Source: Chrysomallon squamiferum
Taxonomy: Eukaryota; Animalia; Mollusca
NCBI GenBank assembly: GCA_012295275.1
Contig: CM022679.1
Span: 16,554,001 to 16,618,000, forward strand
DNA: 64,000 bases
Direction of reading: 5' to 3'
The translations under genes and the position numbers were made by a program. This document shows, piece after piece, positions 44,801-57,288 of the stretch (positions are counted from its first letter, which is position 1; every line of letters begins with the position of its first letter). Under the pieces are notes generated by a model. The model saw only the letters and a list, made by a program, of their open reading frames with translations. It searched no databases and had not been told where the DNA came from.

Positions 44801-47800
44801 TAGAGAATTTTTAAATGCTGGTTTTGTTTGGGTTAAAGTAATTTTATGATGTTACGTTTCTACTGGTTGAGGCCTCAAGGCGCAGTTCAGCAACACTCAA
44901 AGTGATCTCGTTTTACCTTACACTCGTCTGACAGTTCTTCTTTCTACCTGTCATTTGTTTCTCTGTGTGAACATGTAATTTAGTTGTTTCTACCTGTCAT
45001 TTGTTTCTGTGTGAATGTGTAATTTACTTGTTTCTACCTGTTGTTTTGTTTCTGTGTGAATGTGTAATTTACTTGTTTCTACCTGTTGTTTTGTTTCTGT
45101 GTGTGAATGTGTAATTTACTTGTTTCTACCTGTCGTTTTGTTTCTGTGTGTGAATGTGTAATTTACTTGTTTCTACCTCTTGTTTTGTTTCTGTGTGTGA
45201 ATGTGTAATTTACTTCTTTCTACCTGTCGTTTTGTTTCTGTGTGTGAATGTGTAATTTACTTGTTTCTACCTCTTGTTTTGTTTCTGTGTGTGAATGTGT
45301 AATTTACTTGTTTCTACCTGTCATTTTGTTTCTGTGTGTGAATGTGTAATTTACTTGTTTCTACCTGTTGTTTTGTTTCTGTGTGTGAATGTGTAATTTA
45401 CTTGTTTCTACCTGTTGTTTTGTTTCTGTGTGAATGTGTAATTTACTTGTTTCTACCTGTTGTTTTGTTTCTGTGTGTGAATGTGTAATTTACTTGTTTC
45501 TACCTGTCGTTTTGTTTCTGTGTGTGAATGTGTAATTTACTTGTTTCTACCTCTTGTTTTGTTTCTGTGTGTTTGTTTCTACCTCTTGTTTTGTTTCTGT
45601 GTGTGAATGTGTAATTTACCTCTTGTTTTGTTTCTGTGTGTGAATGTGTAATTTTTGTTTCTACCTGTTGTTTGTTTTGTGTGTGAATGTGTAATTTACT
45701 TGTTTCTACCTGTTGTTTTGTTTCTGTGTGTGAATGTGTAATTTACTTGTTTCTACCTGTCATTTGTTTCTGTGTGTGAATGTGTAATTTACTTGTTTCT
45801 ACCTGTTGTTTGTTTCTGTGTGTGAATGTGTAATTTACTTGTTTCTACCTGTTGTTTGTTTCTGTGTGTGAATGTGTAATTTACTTCTTTCTACCTGTTG
45901 TTTTGTTTCTGTGTGTGAATGTGTAATTTACTTGTTTCTACCTGTTGTTTTGTTTGTGTGTGAATGTGTAATTTACTTGTTTCTACCTGTTGTTTTGTTT
46001 CTGTGTGTGAATGTGTAATTTACCTGTTTCTACCTGTTGTTTTGTTTCTGTGTGTGAATGTGTAATTTACTTGTTTCTACCTGTCATTTGTTTCTGTGTG
46101 TGAATGTGTTTTTTACCTGTTGTTTGTTTCTGTGTGTGAATGTGTAATTTACTTGTTTCTACCTGTCGTTTGTTTCTGTGTGTGAATGTGTAATTTACTT
46201 GTTTCTACCTGTTGTTTGTTTCTGTGTGTGAATGTGTAATTTACTTGTTTCTACCTGTTGTTTGTTTCTGTGTGTGAATGTGTAATTTACTTCTTTCTAC
46301 CTGTTGTTTTGTTTCTGTGTGTGAATGTGTAATTTACTTGTTTCTACCTGTTGTTTTGTTTCTGTGTGTGAATGTGTAATTTACTTCTTTCTACCTGTTG
46401 TTTTGTTTCTGTGTGTGAATGTGTAATTTACTTCTTTCTACCTGTTGTTTTGTTTCTGTGTGTGAATGTGTAATTTACCTGTTTCTACCTGTTGTTTTGT
46501 TTCTGTGTGTGAATGTGTAATTTACTTGTTTCTACCTGTCATTTGTTTCTGTGTGTGAATGTGTAATTTACCTGTTTCTACCTGTTGTTTTGTTTCTGTG
46601 TGTGAATGTGTAATTTGCCTGTTTCTACCTGTTGTTTTGTTTCTGTGTGTGAATGTGTAATTTGCCTGTTTCTACCTGTTGTTTTGTTTCTGTGTGTGAA
46701 TGTGTAACCTGTTTCTACCTGTTGTTTTGTTTCTGTGTGTGAATGTGTAATTTACCTGTTTCTACCTGTTGTTTTGTTTCTGTGTGTGAATGTGTAATTT
46801 ACCTGTTTCTACCTGTTGTTTTGTTTCTGTGTGTGAATGTGTAATTTACCTGTTTCTACCTGTTGTTTTGTTTCTGTGTGTGAATGTGTAATTTACTTGT
46901 TTCTACCTGTTGTTTTGTTTCTGTGTGTGAATGTGTAATTTACTTGTTTCTACCTGTTGTTTTGTTTCTGTGTGTGAATATGTAATTTACTTGTTTCTAC
47001 CTCTTGTTTTGTTTCTGTGTGTGAATGTGTAATTTACTTGTTTCTACCTGTTGTTTTGTTTCTGTGTGTGAATGTGTAATTTACTTGTTTCTGTGTGTGA
47101 ATGTGTAATTTACTTGTTTCTGTGTGTGAATGTGTAATTTACCTGTGAGAAATTACACTGCCTTGTTGAATGTAACTGAGACTTTACTGTGAGAAAATCT
47201 AAAACATACAGTTAACATTATTAACATTAAAGTTGTAATCTAAATTTTAATAAAGTTTTTACTGTTTAGAACATCTAAAATCAATCAATTAATATTATTA
47301 GAATTATAACACTGAAATTGTAAATCTAAATTTTAAGTAAGTTTTTTTCTTTAAGAGATTTAAATCAAGATTAAATATGTTAAAAATAAAGTTTTTACTA
47401 TTTAAAACATCTAAATGGAAATTAAAATTGCTAAAATTTAGAAGTTCTCACAGTATAACTGAACCATGCTGATCTGAACAGATAAAACTTTACTTGGTTG
47501 CTAATGTCTGGTTGTTTATTCTTATTCTCATGAAGAGAACAATCACACACTTACACGCTAACAGACAAATTAAAAAATCATAGAAATGTCTGCATGTTTC
47601 ACCTTGCATTTTGCAGTCAGATTGCTATAGATGTTTATTTATAACTGCATGGTTTTATCGGTAGAATCCAGAGTGTTTATCCTGAGTTGAAGCATCAATG
47701 TTTATTGAGCATTAAACATGTCCACAACTGAAGCATACATCTCTGGTGTATGTTTTATATGCGATTATCAGATACATCATACAAGGGACGTCGTAGGGAT

Positions 47801-50374
47801 ATTCTTAGTCTTTATGTTGTTAAAAAATAGGACATTGTTATCTGATACCAGTAAATCTTTTGTTAAATTGGTCTTTCTAATTTAAAGACCTTCCCTTCAG
47901 TATGGATCTGTTGGTGGTTAATCTTACTAAAACTTTAATTTCATTGACACTTTTTATTTACTATTTTGTTTGTGTGTGTATATTTAAGTCAGTATGTAAA
48001 ACTTGGTAATGTTAGATTTATGTTAGATTTATGTAATTTATGTAATTTATATAATTTATTACCCATGTGGAAGCTGGAGTAAGTATCAGGCAAAGAGGAA
48101 ATAGTAAATAAAAAAAAAACAGAATTTTTTAACAATGCTCCTCTGAAAATCTGATTTAAATCAGTATTTTACTAAATATATAAATTGTAATTTTCAAGCC
48201 AGAGATAAAATTGGATATCTATATTATTAATTTTTCCTCCTGAAATTCTTTTGAAAATATAATAATAATAATTATTATTATTATTGTTATTATTATCAGA
48301 TAGATAAATAAATAATATTCTTCACATTGTAGTTTATTTTAAAATTATTATGATTAAAATATTTTTGAACAATGAAATCTTATTTTTTCACATTTGTTAA
48401 TGTCAGTAGGTGGATTCAGACCTGTACAGCCACCAACTGCAAAACCACCTGGTCAGAAAAAACCACAGCAGCCATCAATGAGGTGTGGTGGGTGTGACAT
48501 GCTGGCAACGTAAGCACAAACTTCTTCTCACTTGTAGTTTAAATTTTAAAATAATAACAATAATAAAATGTCAAATCTTTGTTTAAAAATTGTTTAATAT
48601 TGATATATTTAAAACATTCTTTATTTCTTTTCTTCTTTTTTTTCTTTCTTTTTTTTTCTTAATTTAATTTTTTTTAAATAAAATAATAATAATTTATATA
48701 TTTATATATATATAAATTATTACTATTATTACTGTATTTTTTTTTATTATTAAATTGTATCCAGCTGATAACTGGAATTAACAAAGTTTCAATATGTCAC
48801 TAAACAGTTAAATTCAGCACAAGTTGTATTACATTTATTAAAACTTTTGATGAAATACAATGTTTTACAAGTGTAAATCATTGTTCTTAGATTTGTTATA
48901 ACATTGTGATTAAAAAGTTATATTCAAAATATGAATAGAAATTTTGTATCAGACTATGTTAAAAATAAATAAATAATTTATGTATCTGCAGTGGTGTGAT
49001 AGTGAGGGCGAAGGGCACCCCATACCATGTGGAATGTTTTAAATGTACTTCTTGTGGAATGAATCTCAAACAGAAAGGTAAATTTATCACCTGAAATGAA
49101 GTATTTCTTAAAGATAAAAGATATCAGGTCTTGATCTACCTTTTGACAAATTAAAAAAAATATATATATAAATTAAATAATAATAATAATAAATAAATAA
49201 ATTTAAATATTTAAATCCAAATAATTATATCAGATTTTTCAATCTAACTTTACATTTAAAATAATCACTTGCAAATAGGTATCGAATAAATTAAGATTGA
49301 CTGATTTAAGTATAAATATGTATATCATGTATTTAAATATATATTTTCATATGTTATTTATATGCATTAATGAAAGTGTGTGACTGTTTCAGGATACTTT
49401 GTGATAGATGACAAGTTGTACTGTGAAACATTAATGAAACAGTGTGACTGTTTCAGGATACTTTGTGATAGATGACAAGTTATAGTGTGAAACATTAATG
49501 AAACAGTGTGACTGTTTCAGGATACTTTGTGATAGATGACAAGTTATACTGTGAAACATTAATGAAAGAGTGTGACTGTTTCAGGATACTTAGTGATAGA
49601 TGACAAGTTGTCCTGTGAAATACTAATGAAAGAGTGTGACTGTTTCAGGATACTTTGTGATAGATGACAAGTTGTACTGTGAAATACTAATAAAAGAGGG
49701 TGACTGTTTCAGGATACTTTGTGATAGATGACAAGTTGTATTGTGAAATACTAATGAAAGAGTGTGACTGTTTCAGGATACTTTGTGATAGATGACAAGT
49801 TATACTGTGAAATACATGCCAAGAGAATGGCTCAGGCCCCCGAATCCAACATGGTCGCCACAGCTGTCTACAGGTAAATGCAAAAATGTTAGATTAAAAC
49901 ATTAATTTTTTTATTATTGTTATTTTTAACTACTGAATGAGGAATAAAAGACTAATGAATATAAATATGAATATACAAATGAATGAAATTTAAGATACAT
50001 TTCAACACATTTTTAATGAATTGTTGTAGTCTTCCATTTTCTCTCCTTTTTGTGATAAGGTTTTGTACAAATTGTGAAATAAAAAAAAAAAAAAAAAATA
50101 AATAAATAAACAATAGAATAAAGCATTGCTATGGTGCTTTTTCATTTACAAGAATTTTAATTTTCACACATTAATAGCTTACAGTTATCCTCAAAGACAT
50201 ATTTATCATTATTATACTTCATTATTATCAAAGGTTGGTGTAGATTAAAGTAAATCACTATTTATTATTATTCCTTTTTTTTTTTTTTTTTGTATTTGTG
50301 TTTACTAGTATTACAAGTGATAATGGTTTTAAAAAATGTATAATTAGTTACTACTTTGTTTCTTTTTCAGATAA
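31215..50374 (+). CDS. PDZ and LIM domain protein, ALP/PDLIM1-4/Zasp-like (join 31215-31343, 39425-39576, 42001-42142, 42978-43156, 43920-44116, 48407-48509, 48992-49077, 49777-49873, 50371-50374; about 362 aa)
   Basis: PDZ signature PWGFRLQGGVDFSTPLSI...GLLAGD.I..IN...LTH..A; ZM motif VVHAQYNSPIGLYSADNI; ALP-type motif QSRSF; single LIM CGGC...[32 protein letters not shown]. All junctions are GT-AG and phases are consistent. The exon 5 donor and possible extra alternative exons are less certain. Confidence 0.9.
32399..33046. repeat. 95-bp tandem repeat, about 7 copies (some shortened), in PDZ-LIM intron 1
   Basis: TCTCTGATTGTTCTGTTCATTCAAGTACTG... recurs at 95-bp spacing and gives the repeated ORFs at 32407, 32502, 32597 and 32692. 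Confidence 0.95.
34426..34729. repeat. 27-bp tandem repeat (CTGTGTTACAGCTCTTGAATCTCCACC), about 11 copies
   Basis: Seen directly; intronic. Confidence 0.95.
35014..35298. repeat. 24-bp tandem repeat (TATGTGTATCTGTGTGATTACATG), about 12 copies
   Basis: Seen directly; intronic. Confidence 0.95.
39588..40622. repeat. Minisatellite of about 18-20 bp (CCAGGGATTTACACACAT) starting just after the PDZ exon 2 donor
   Basis: Seen directly; about 1 kb of variable units. Confidence 0.95.
44143..44255. repeat. Perfect 15-bp inverted repeat (CAGGCCACATCACAT ... ATGTGATGTGGCCTG) just downstream of the exon 5 donor
   Basis: Arms at 44143-44157 and 44241-44255 with an 83-nt spacer. Confidence 0.85.
44940..47145. 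repeat. 47-bp tandem repeat (TTGTTTCTACCTGTTGTTTTGTTTCTGTGTGTGAATGTGTAATTTAC), about 2.2 kb
   Basis: Roughly 45-50 copies in PDZ-LIM intron 5. Confidence 0.95.
49365..49814 (+). repeat. 7 x 64-bp tandem repeat made of an intron 3' end plus the start of LIM exon 8
   Basis: TGACTGTTTCAG|GATACTTTGTGATAGATGACAAGTT recurs with exon starts at 49393, 49457, 49521, 49585, 49649, 49713 and 49777. Confidence 0.95.
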
Positions 50375-52814
50375 ATCCACAAAATGTTTACTGTGTGCCA
50401 TATTCTGTTGTCAGAGTAAACCCAATAGGTGTGAAACATTTTTTTTCCAGTTCTTGACCTAGTGCTAATCTGACTAGACTAACCCAAATACCGTGGAATG
50501 TGTAGTGCTGTGATGTCCTTCCTGGCATAGCCAACATTTCTCCACAGCAGTTTCCCTTTGAACAGCAGAATCCAGGATACAGGATACTTTACAATTCAGA
50601 ACATTCTACAAGACAATCAGGATACTACCAAAATGTCAACAGAATTTTCATGAAATACCAGGTTCCTGCCAAAATACTATTTACTTTACCCAATAGTAGG
50701 AGTCTTCACAAAGTTCAGTATCCTACCAAAAATAACCACAGCATTTTTATTTTAGCTTCTTAATCCTGCCAGAAATACAATGTATATGACTCTAGAATCT
50801 CCACAAACTGTTGGAACATTCTCTACTGGGACATATTCACAGTATAACACAGGATGATGTGTAATAATGAGATATTTACATGACTTCTTTTGAAACCACA
50901 AATTTCCACTGTAAATTAATTTAAAGAATTTTCATATGTAATTAATTTAAAGAAAAAATCCACAAAAATGAAAAAATAATGTAGTATTGATAAAGTAGGA
51001 GCTACTTCTCATATAAGAAACTTGTTATGTTTCATTAGAAACAGAAGCAGACTCAGCTCAGTAATAATTCTGTGAGTGTTTTTTCACTTAAGCTCTGTTT
51101 ATTTGTTACAGAAATGTAACTTGTTACAAAATGTTTTATTACATTATGTAGATTACACAACTCAGTGATACAGAAAAACTAACAAATTTATTGTTGTTTT
51201 GGATCAGCAAATGATAATTTAATTTATGCACCATAGTCTACCATAAAAGACCACCTAATTAACAGCTGCCTCCAAAAAGAAGTCATTAGAGATTCAGTGA
51301 AACTGGTGTTTGGTTATCTTCTAAATATTACTTGAAGATAAACCACCAAATCTCAACACCACAGATGAAATAATAAACTTTTTGTTTTCATATTAATTAT
51401 TTTATAATCTAAAGTTTTATTCACTAATAGAAAATGTGACAGTTATTAAGAAGTATTAGTACCTAGCACTGCCACAGGTACATATTACTGTTTAGGGCAA
51501 AGCAATCAAGTTTTTAAATATACATTTAGATATTTGTTATTTTGACTGATATTTACAAACAATTCATTTTAATATGGGACATGTAAATAATGAACTTTAA
51601 CATAAATCCTTTCTTTTTCTACTTTTTTTTTTTTAAATTGTAAAATAACAAATAAGAATTATAAGATTTCTCTAATTCTTATTGAAAAGAAGATTTTAAC
51701 ACAAGATTATTTCATTTTAAGTAAGAACCTGGTTTTGGCCATATTAGTCACATTGGTAGATTAATGTATCTGTGTTTAAACCTACAAGATTAAAGATTAA
51801 TTTTGAATTATCTTTAGCAAAATATCAGAATAAATTGCCTGAATGGTAACCATATATATAACCAAGAGGGTGAAAGTTTAAGATACATTGACTGATCACT
51901 AAAAAAAAATTAATATCCTTTTGTTATGTACAATTTATACAATATTAATTATTACAGTTCTTTAGTACATATTAGGACAATGTTTTACATAGTATTTATT
52001 TCACATATCAGACAGAATATTTATAAATTATAGGTATGTGATTCTTTTCAATTTACAAATGTTTTTTAAATTTCTTTTTTACAAACATTGTATGGCTTTA
52101 CACATATCTAAACATAGAACATTTATGGTGTTATAACCAAATACAATTTTTTCCTTCTTTTACCTTATGCATAATAATATATAAAGCTTATAGGATACTG
52201 TACAGGTATATATTTATAGTTAAAAGTACTCATAATGTTTGTTTATGCATAATACTTGTTATAGTTGTTATTACAGACCTGCAGAGTAGCATTGTCATCT
52301 ATTTATCATTTTATTTTAGTATGGTTTCTTTAGACATATTAGCTTTTGATTATTAGGAGGGGCAAATATTGAGGTTTGTATCTTCAGAAACAGATTTCAG
52401 CACATATTGTGAAATATTATTATGTACATTACAGATAAAAGTTTTCTGTTTAACGATTTAAAAAGTGTCTGAACTAGTCTGAACATAGTTATGTTATTAA
52501 CAGATTTAAAATGACAGCAGATATTTCAAACATCCAAAGTGAAACTGAAGTAAGTGAAAACATTTTAGGTTTACAAACATTTCAGTGACAGCGTGTCCCA
52601 CTCTTCCCAGGGTACACAGGAGCCGTCCATTAGCAGTTTTTGTTACTAAATATAAAATGTCAGACGAAATTAGGTGTTTTTTATGAAAGAGATTAGTTTT
52701 GTTTTTGCTTTCATGTTTACTTTACATAGCAGACAGTACTAGAAAAATTAACAAAAGGACAGCTGCATATGTTTTCATTTTTTTCATGACTGCTTATGTA
52801 TGATAAAAGGTGCA

Positions 52815-52849
<35 letters not shown>

Positions 52850-52917
52850 AGAAAAACAAAAGCAGTGTGTTTTTCAAAATGACTGTTTACATCTGATGAC
52901 AGAAATGAGTTGTAATC

Positions 52918-53425
52918 TGCTGACTCACACAAACTGCTGTGTGTTACACAAACTGCTGTGTGTCACACAAACTGCTGTGTGTTACACAAACTGCTGTGTG
53001 TCACACAAACTGCTGTGTGTTACACAAACTGCTGTGACTCACACAAACTGCTGTGTGTCACACAAACTGCTGTGACTCACACAAACTGCTGTGACTCACA
53101 CAAACTGCTGTGTGTTACACAAACTGCTGTGACTCACACAAACTGCTGTGACTCACACAAACTGCTGTGTGTTACACAAACTGCTGTGTGTTACACAAAC
53201 TGCTGTGACTCACACAAACTGCTGTGTGTTACACAAACTGCTGTGTGTTACACAAACTGCTGTGACTCACACAAACTGCTGTGACTCACACAAACTGCTG
53301 TGTGTTACACAAACTGCTGTGTGTTACACAAACTGCTGTGTGTTACACAAACTGCTGTGACTCACACAAACTGCTGTGACTCACACAAACTGCTGTGTGT
53401 CACACAAACTGCTGTGTGTTACACA
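52918..53425. repeat. 19/21-bp tandem repeat (CACAAACTGCTGTG[TGTTA/ACTCA])
   Basis: Seen directly, downstream of the PDZ-LIM stop codon. Confidence 0.95.
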
Positions 53426-54043
53426 GATGTGCTTTATTCTTCACTCACTATTGGATGGCTCCTGGAAAACAACTTACGTGGTGTTTTTGTTAGGTTTATC
53501 TCTAACCTCCCCTTATACAGTGCTTCTTCTTGTAGACATTCTAAGTTTTTTAATGTATAATGTGTGTGGACTGTTAACCTTGTTAATCCTGGAAAGTTGT
53601 AGATAGATGTAACTCAAACGTTTTAGACATTTTATAATCCACTGTTACATGTTCTGTCGTTTGAAGGTGTATACAAAACCAGCTTAAAATATCTAACAGC
53701 AGCTTTGCTTTTGCCTTGTATATTTTCTTTATTTGTTTTGCTTTTTGGGGTTTATTTTTGTTTTTTCTTTTTCTTCTTTTTTTTACTTTATTTTTTATTT
53801 TATTTTATTATTATTATTATTATTATTTAATTTTAATCTAATCTTATAAAACCCACTGAATTCTGATGAACTGATTGATTCTGTGTTATGTTTCTATCAG
53901 ATGAAAAAATTAACACTGTTTACAAAACTAACATAGAGGGCCAGAATTCTGTCAGTGTTACAAACTGTGTCCACAACGAGCATGCTTGAAGACAGTTTTG
54001 ATGGAAGCATTATTAAACAATTACCCACATCTACACTGACAAA

Positions 54044-54079
<36 letters not shown>

Positions 54080-55693
54080 TTAAACATTTTCTGAATTATT
54101 ATTAAATCTCTTTTTTCAAAAATAAATTTTTGCTGTGTGGTATTTTAAAGTTTTACTACACAAATGACAGTGAACACCTTAATTAATATTCTGTCATAGT
54201 TTGAACATCAAATAAAATAAAAGTAAAGTATTAATACATGACACGTTATGGCTCAGACAGTGCTCTAATGACCGAGGATTTACCAGATGACATCACAGCT
54301 GACAGGTTTGCAGGTTTATCCATAGATCCACTAATATCAGTGAATTTTGAAGTAAAGAGTAATATCCACTAGGGTACATCTCTTTGTTTGCATTCAGTTT
54401 TTTAACATACAAAAAGAAATCATTTATGAAACATTTATTGGTTTTACATAAAGTAACACTTTTTATGTGAGTTGTAGTAATACGTTTAGAGTTTACTGTG
54501 CAATATGATACACTGTTTCTCTTATTAACACTTACATCCATATATGTGAATCAAACATAGGATATAAAGAATTCACTGCAGAGTTTAAATAAACAGCAAA
54601 GTGTATAGAAACACACCCATGCATGTATATCTGCATTTACATTTGACAATAACAGTGTTGAAGAAAAACAACAAATGTACTTACACTGCTTGTTTTCCTA
54701 TATTTCTCTCATTTTGTACCAATTTTTAAAATATTTATTTTACTTTTTAAAATTCCTTTATACTAACCACTTGTTTGTACATGTATGTTTTTGGAATACT
54801 AATAAACTTTAATTTATGCATTCATTATCATAGTTAATTATGTAAATGTTTTCCATCCAAGGTGTTTGTATTTAAAACATTTTGTTACTTTTATTTCCAC
54901 TGGTGCTAGTTTCTAATGTGTACTCTTCAGTGATCATACAAATAATCTAAATATGTTTTGTTTATTTTTATTGATTTATGTTTTCATGGTGAAGAACCTT
55001 TGCTTACAATAAAGTATAATAGTAAAATTAAAATGTCACAAACATGCATGTCATCCGACAAATTCTTCTTTTTTTATGATATTATCTTGGATAAAGATAA
55101 TAACTTTAGAAAAATCTGTTCTTGTTTCGTAATACTATTTTGTTTGTAGTAAGGTTGAAAAATTCTACAATAATTTTATGAAATACCACAGATTTACAAT
55201 TCTTTACTCAGTCTGTAATAGATGTTTCTTCATTTCTCTGCTTGAAATGACATTACAGAAAATCCCAGCCTCTGTGCATTTTCAAAAGCTTGTTATTTTA
55301 ATTGTCATACTTTATCATTAGTTAAGGTTGTTTGCCAATGACAACTAGCATTAGCTTGATGGTATAAATATGTTTAGGTTATTTATATGTACATGAAAAA
55401 TACACTAACTGTGATGGGTCTGGAAGGAAGGGTTGTTTCAGCTGATACAGAGTGATGGGTAGTAAGACTGAGAAAAACAAGTATAAGGGTTTGCATGAGT
55501 GACACCCTCTAGATCCACCACTGATAAACAGAGCGGTACTCACTGTTATATAAGATGGTTGGTTTTCAAAAAAATGTAAAGGGAATAAAAATTGCTTTAT
55601 CTGAAATCTTTGTTCTTGTTTTTTTATGTTTTTTTTTTTAATTGTTTATTAAAGTAATGTGAAATTTTGTTATCATTGTTGTTGCTGTTATTA

Positions 55694-55737
<44 letters not shown>

Positions 55738-57202
55738 TATATGAACATTACAAATACATTTGGTAGACAATAATAAAAGAGAATATCTATTTATAGACAT
55801 GGCTTTTAATAAACAGTATGAGGCTCTGTCTGGAATGGGAAATACCCCCTCACTGGCCAGGTTATCTGAAGTATCATAAAAATGTCTAATGCTGTGACTG
55901 TTTGTTATGGTAACCTTTTCAGTAAAGGTAAGAAACCACTGAACTAAATGTATTTGAAGACAATTAGATACAATTATTTTATTTTCTATTTTGGGTTTTT
56001 TTCTTTCTTAATCTTTTCTTTGATTTTAAAATACATCATATGTTTTACATAAAAACTATCCAGTACTAACTCAAACTGAATAAACCAGTAAACACAACAA
56101 CCAGAAAATATATTTAAAAATCAAACTTAACATTAGTCTGTTTTCTCTGGCTGTCTGATCTGATTTCACTGAAATGTCATAGGCTATTTTTATTTAATTC
56201 TGAGTGTGTTGAAATTAGTGATATTTTTCACCATGGGACCAAGATAAAAAAAAAAAATAATATATAAAAAAAAAATTAAAAAAATGTTTTAAAAATTCAA
56301 TACTGTATTTAAACGATAAGTAACTGAATCAGACAAAGGAAAACCAACAGAGATAACTGAAATTTTGACTTTAAACTAATTCAACATTGGAATGTGCATT
56401 AAAAACCTTCTTTTAACTTAACTCATTTTAAGTAAAAGGCAAAATAAACAAATAATTTATAAATTGAAATATTATTTCAATAATCAATTTTTTTAACTAT
56501 AAAATTAAATTTAAAAACTATGTGCTAATGACATTTTAAAATTTGATTTAAAAATAATAAGCTAAATAAAAACGAAACATCAAAAAAAAAGCCCCCACAA
56601 TAATAACAATAAAATAACAAACAAAGAACGCAACAAACAAAACAAAAACAAACAACAATACATATATTTGTTTTTATTAGTGATAAAACTATTTAAATAT
56701 GGTATATTTGAAAACATAATAGTACAATAATTTATGTAGCACAGTGTGGGACTTTGTTTATATAACAAAATCAAGTGCAAATCATTGTTATGTTAATTTG
56801 AGAATAAATCTGACTGGTCTATTTATAAGGCTGTTCATACTGTTTAAGTATTTTTAAAAAAAAACAAAAAAAAACAATTAAAATCCGGTTTCAGTACCAG
56901 TTCAGAAAAAAATTAATTAAAAAGACATACTTTTAGACCTAACAGAGTTACTTCCCTTGACATATTGTGACAGTATTTAAAAATGCCTCTCAGGTAACAG
57001 TTGTAATTTTTGAATTATGTAAACAATTATTGTCGTAAACATTCAGTTATTTTAAATTTATTATGCCTAAGCCTTCTCAATTTGTCACATTTATTTCCCT
57101 GTCTTTACTAACGAACACCTACAGTTTATACGTCTCCAATCACAAATGTGAAAGCAGTACAAAAAATTGTTTGATCTCGCCGCAGGTGGGCACGCGAGTG
57201 TA

Positions 57203-57216
57203 GTGCCGTGTGCAAA
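57203..57216 (-). promoter_or_regulatory. Metal-response element (MTF-1-type), TTTGCACACGGCAC
   Basis: MRE core plus extension, about 73 bp upstream of the second PDZ gene's ATG, next to an AP-1 site TGAGTCA at 57218-57224. Confidence 0.65.
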
Positions 57217-57288
57217 CTGAGTCAGAAAATGATTCGGCAGTTCGTTCGTTACATGGAGTTAGTCGAGTAGGGAGTTCAAACCAGCGAC

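Noticed and set aside
52800-53606. Cys-rich repeat ORFs (HTNCCVLHKLLCVTQ) resembling metallothionein
   Set aside because: They derive from the 19/21-bp tandem repeat, with frames shifting between units.
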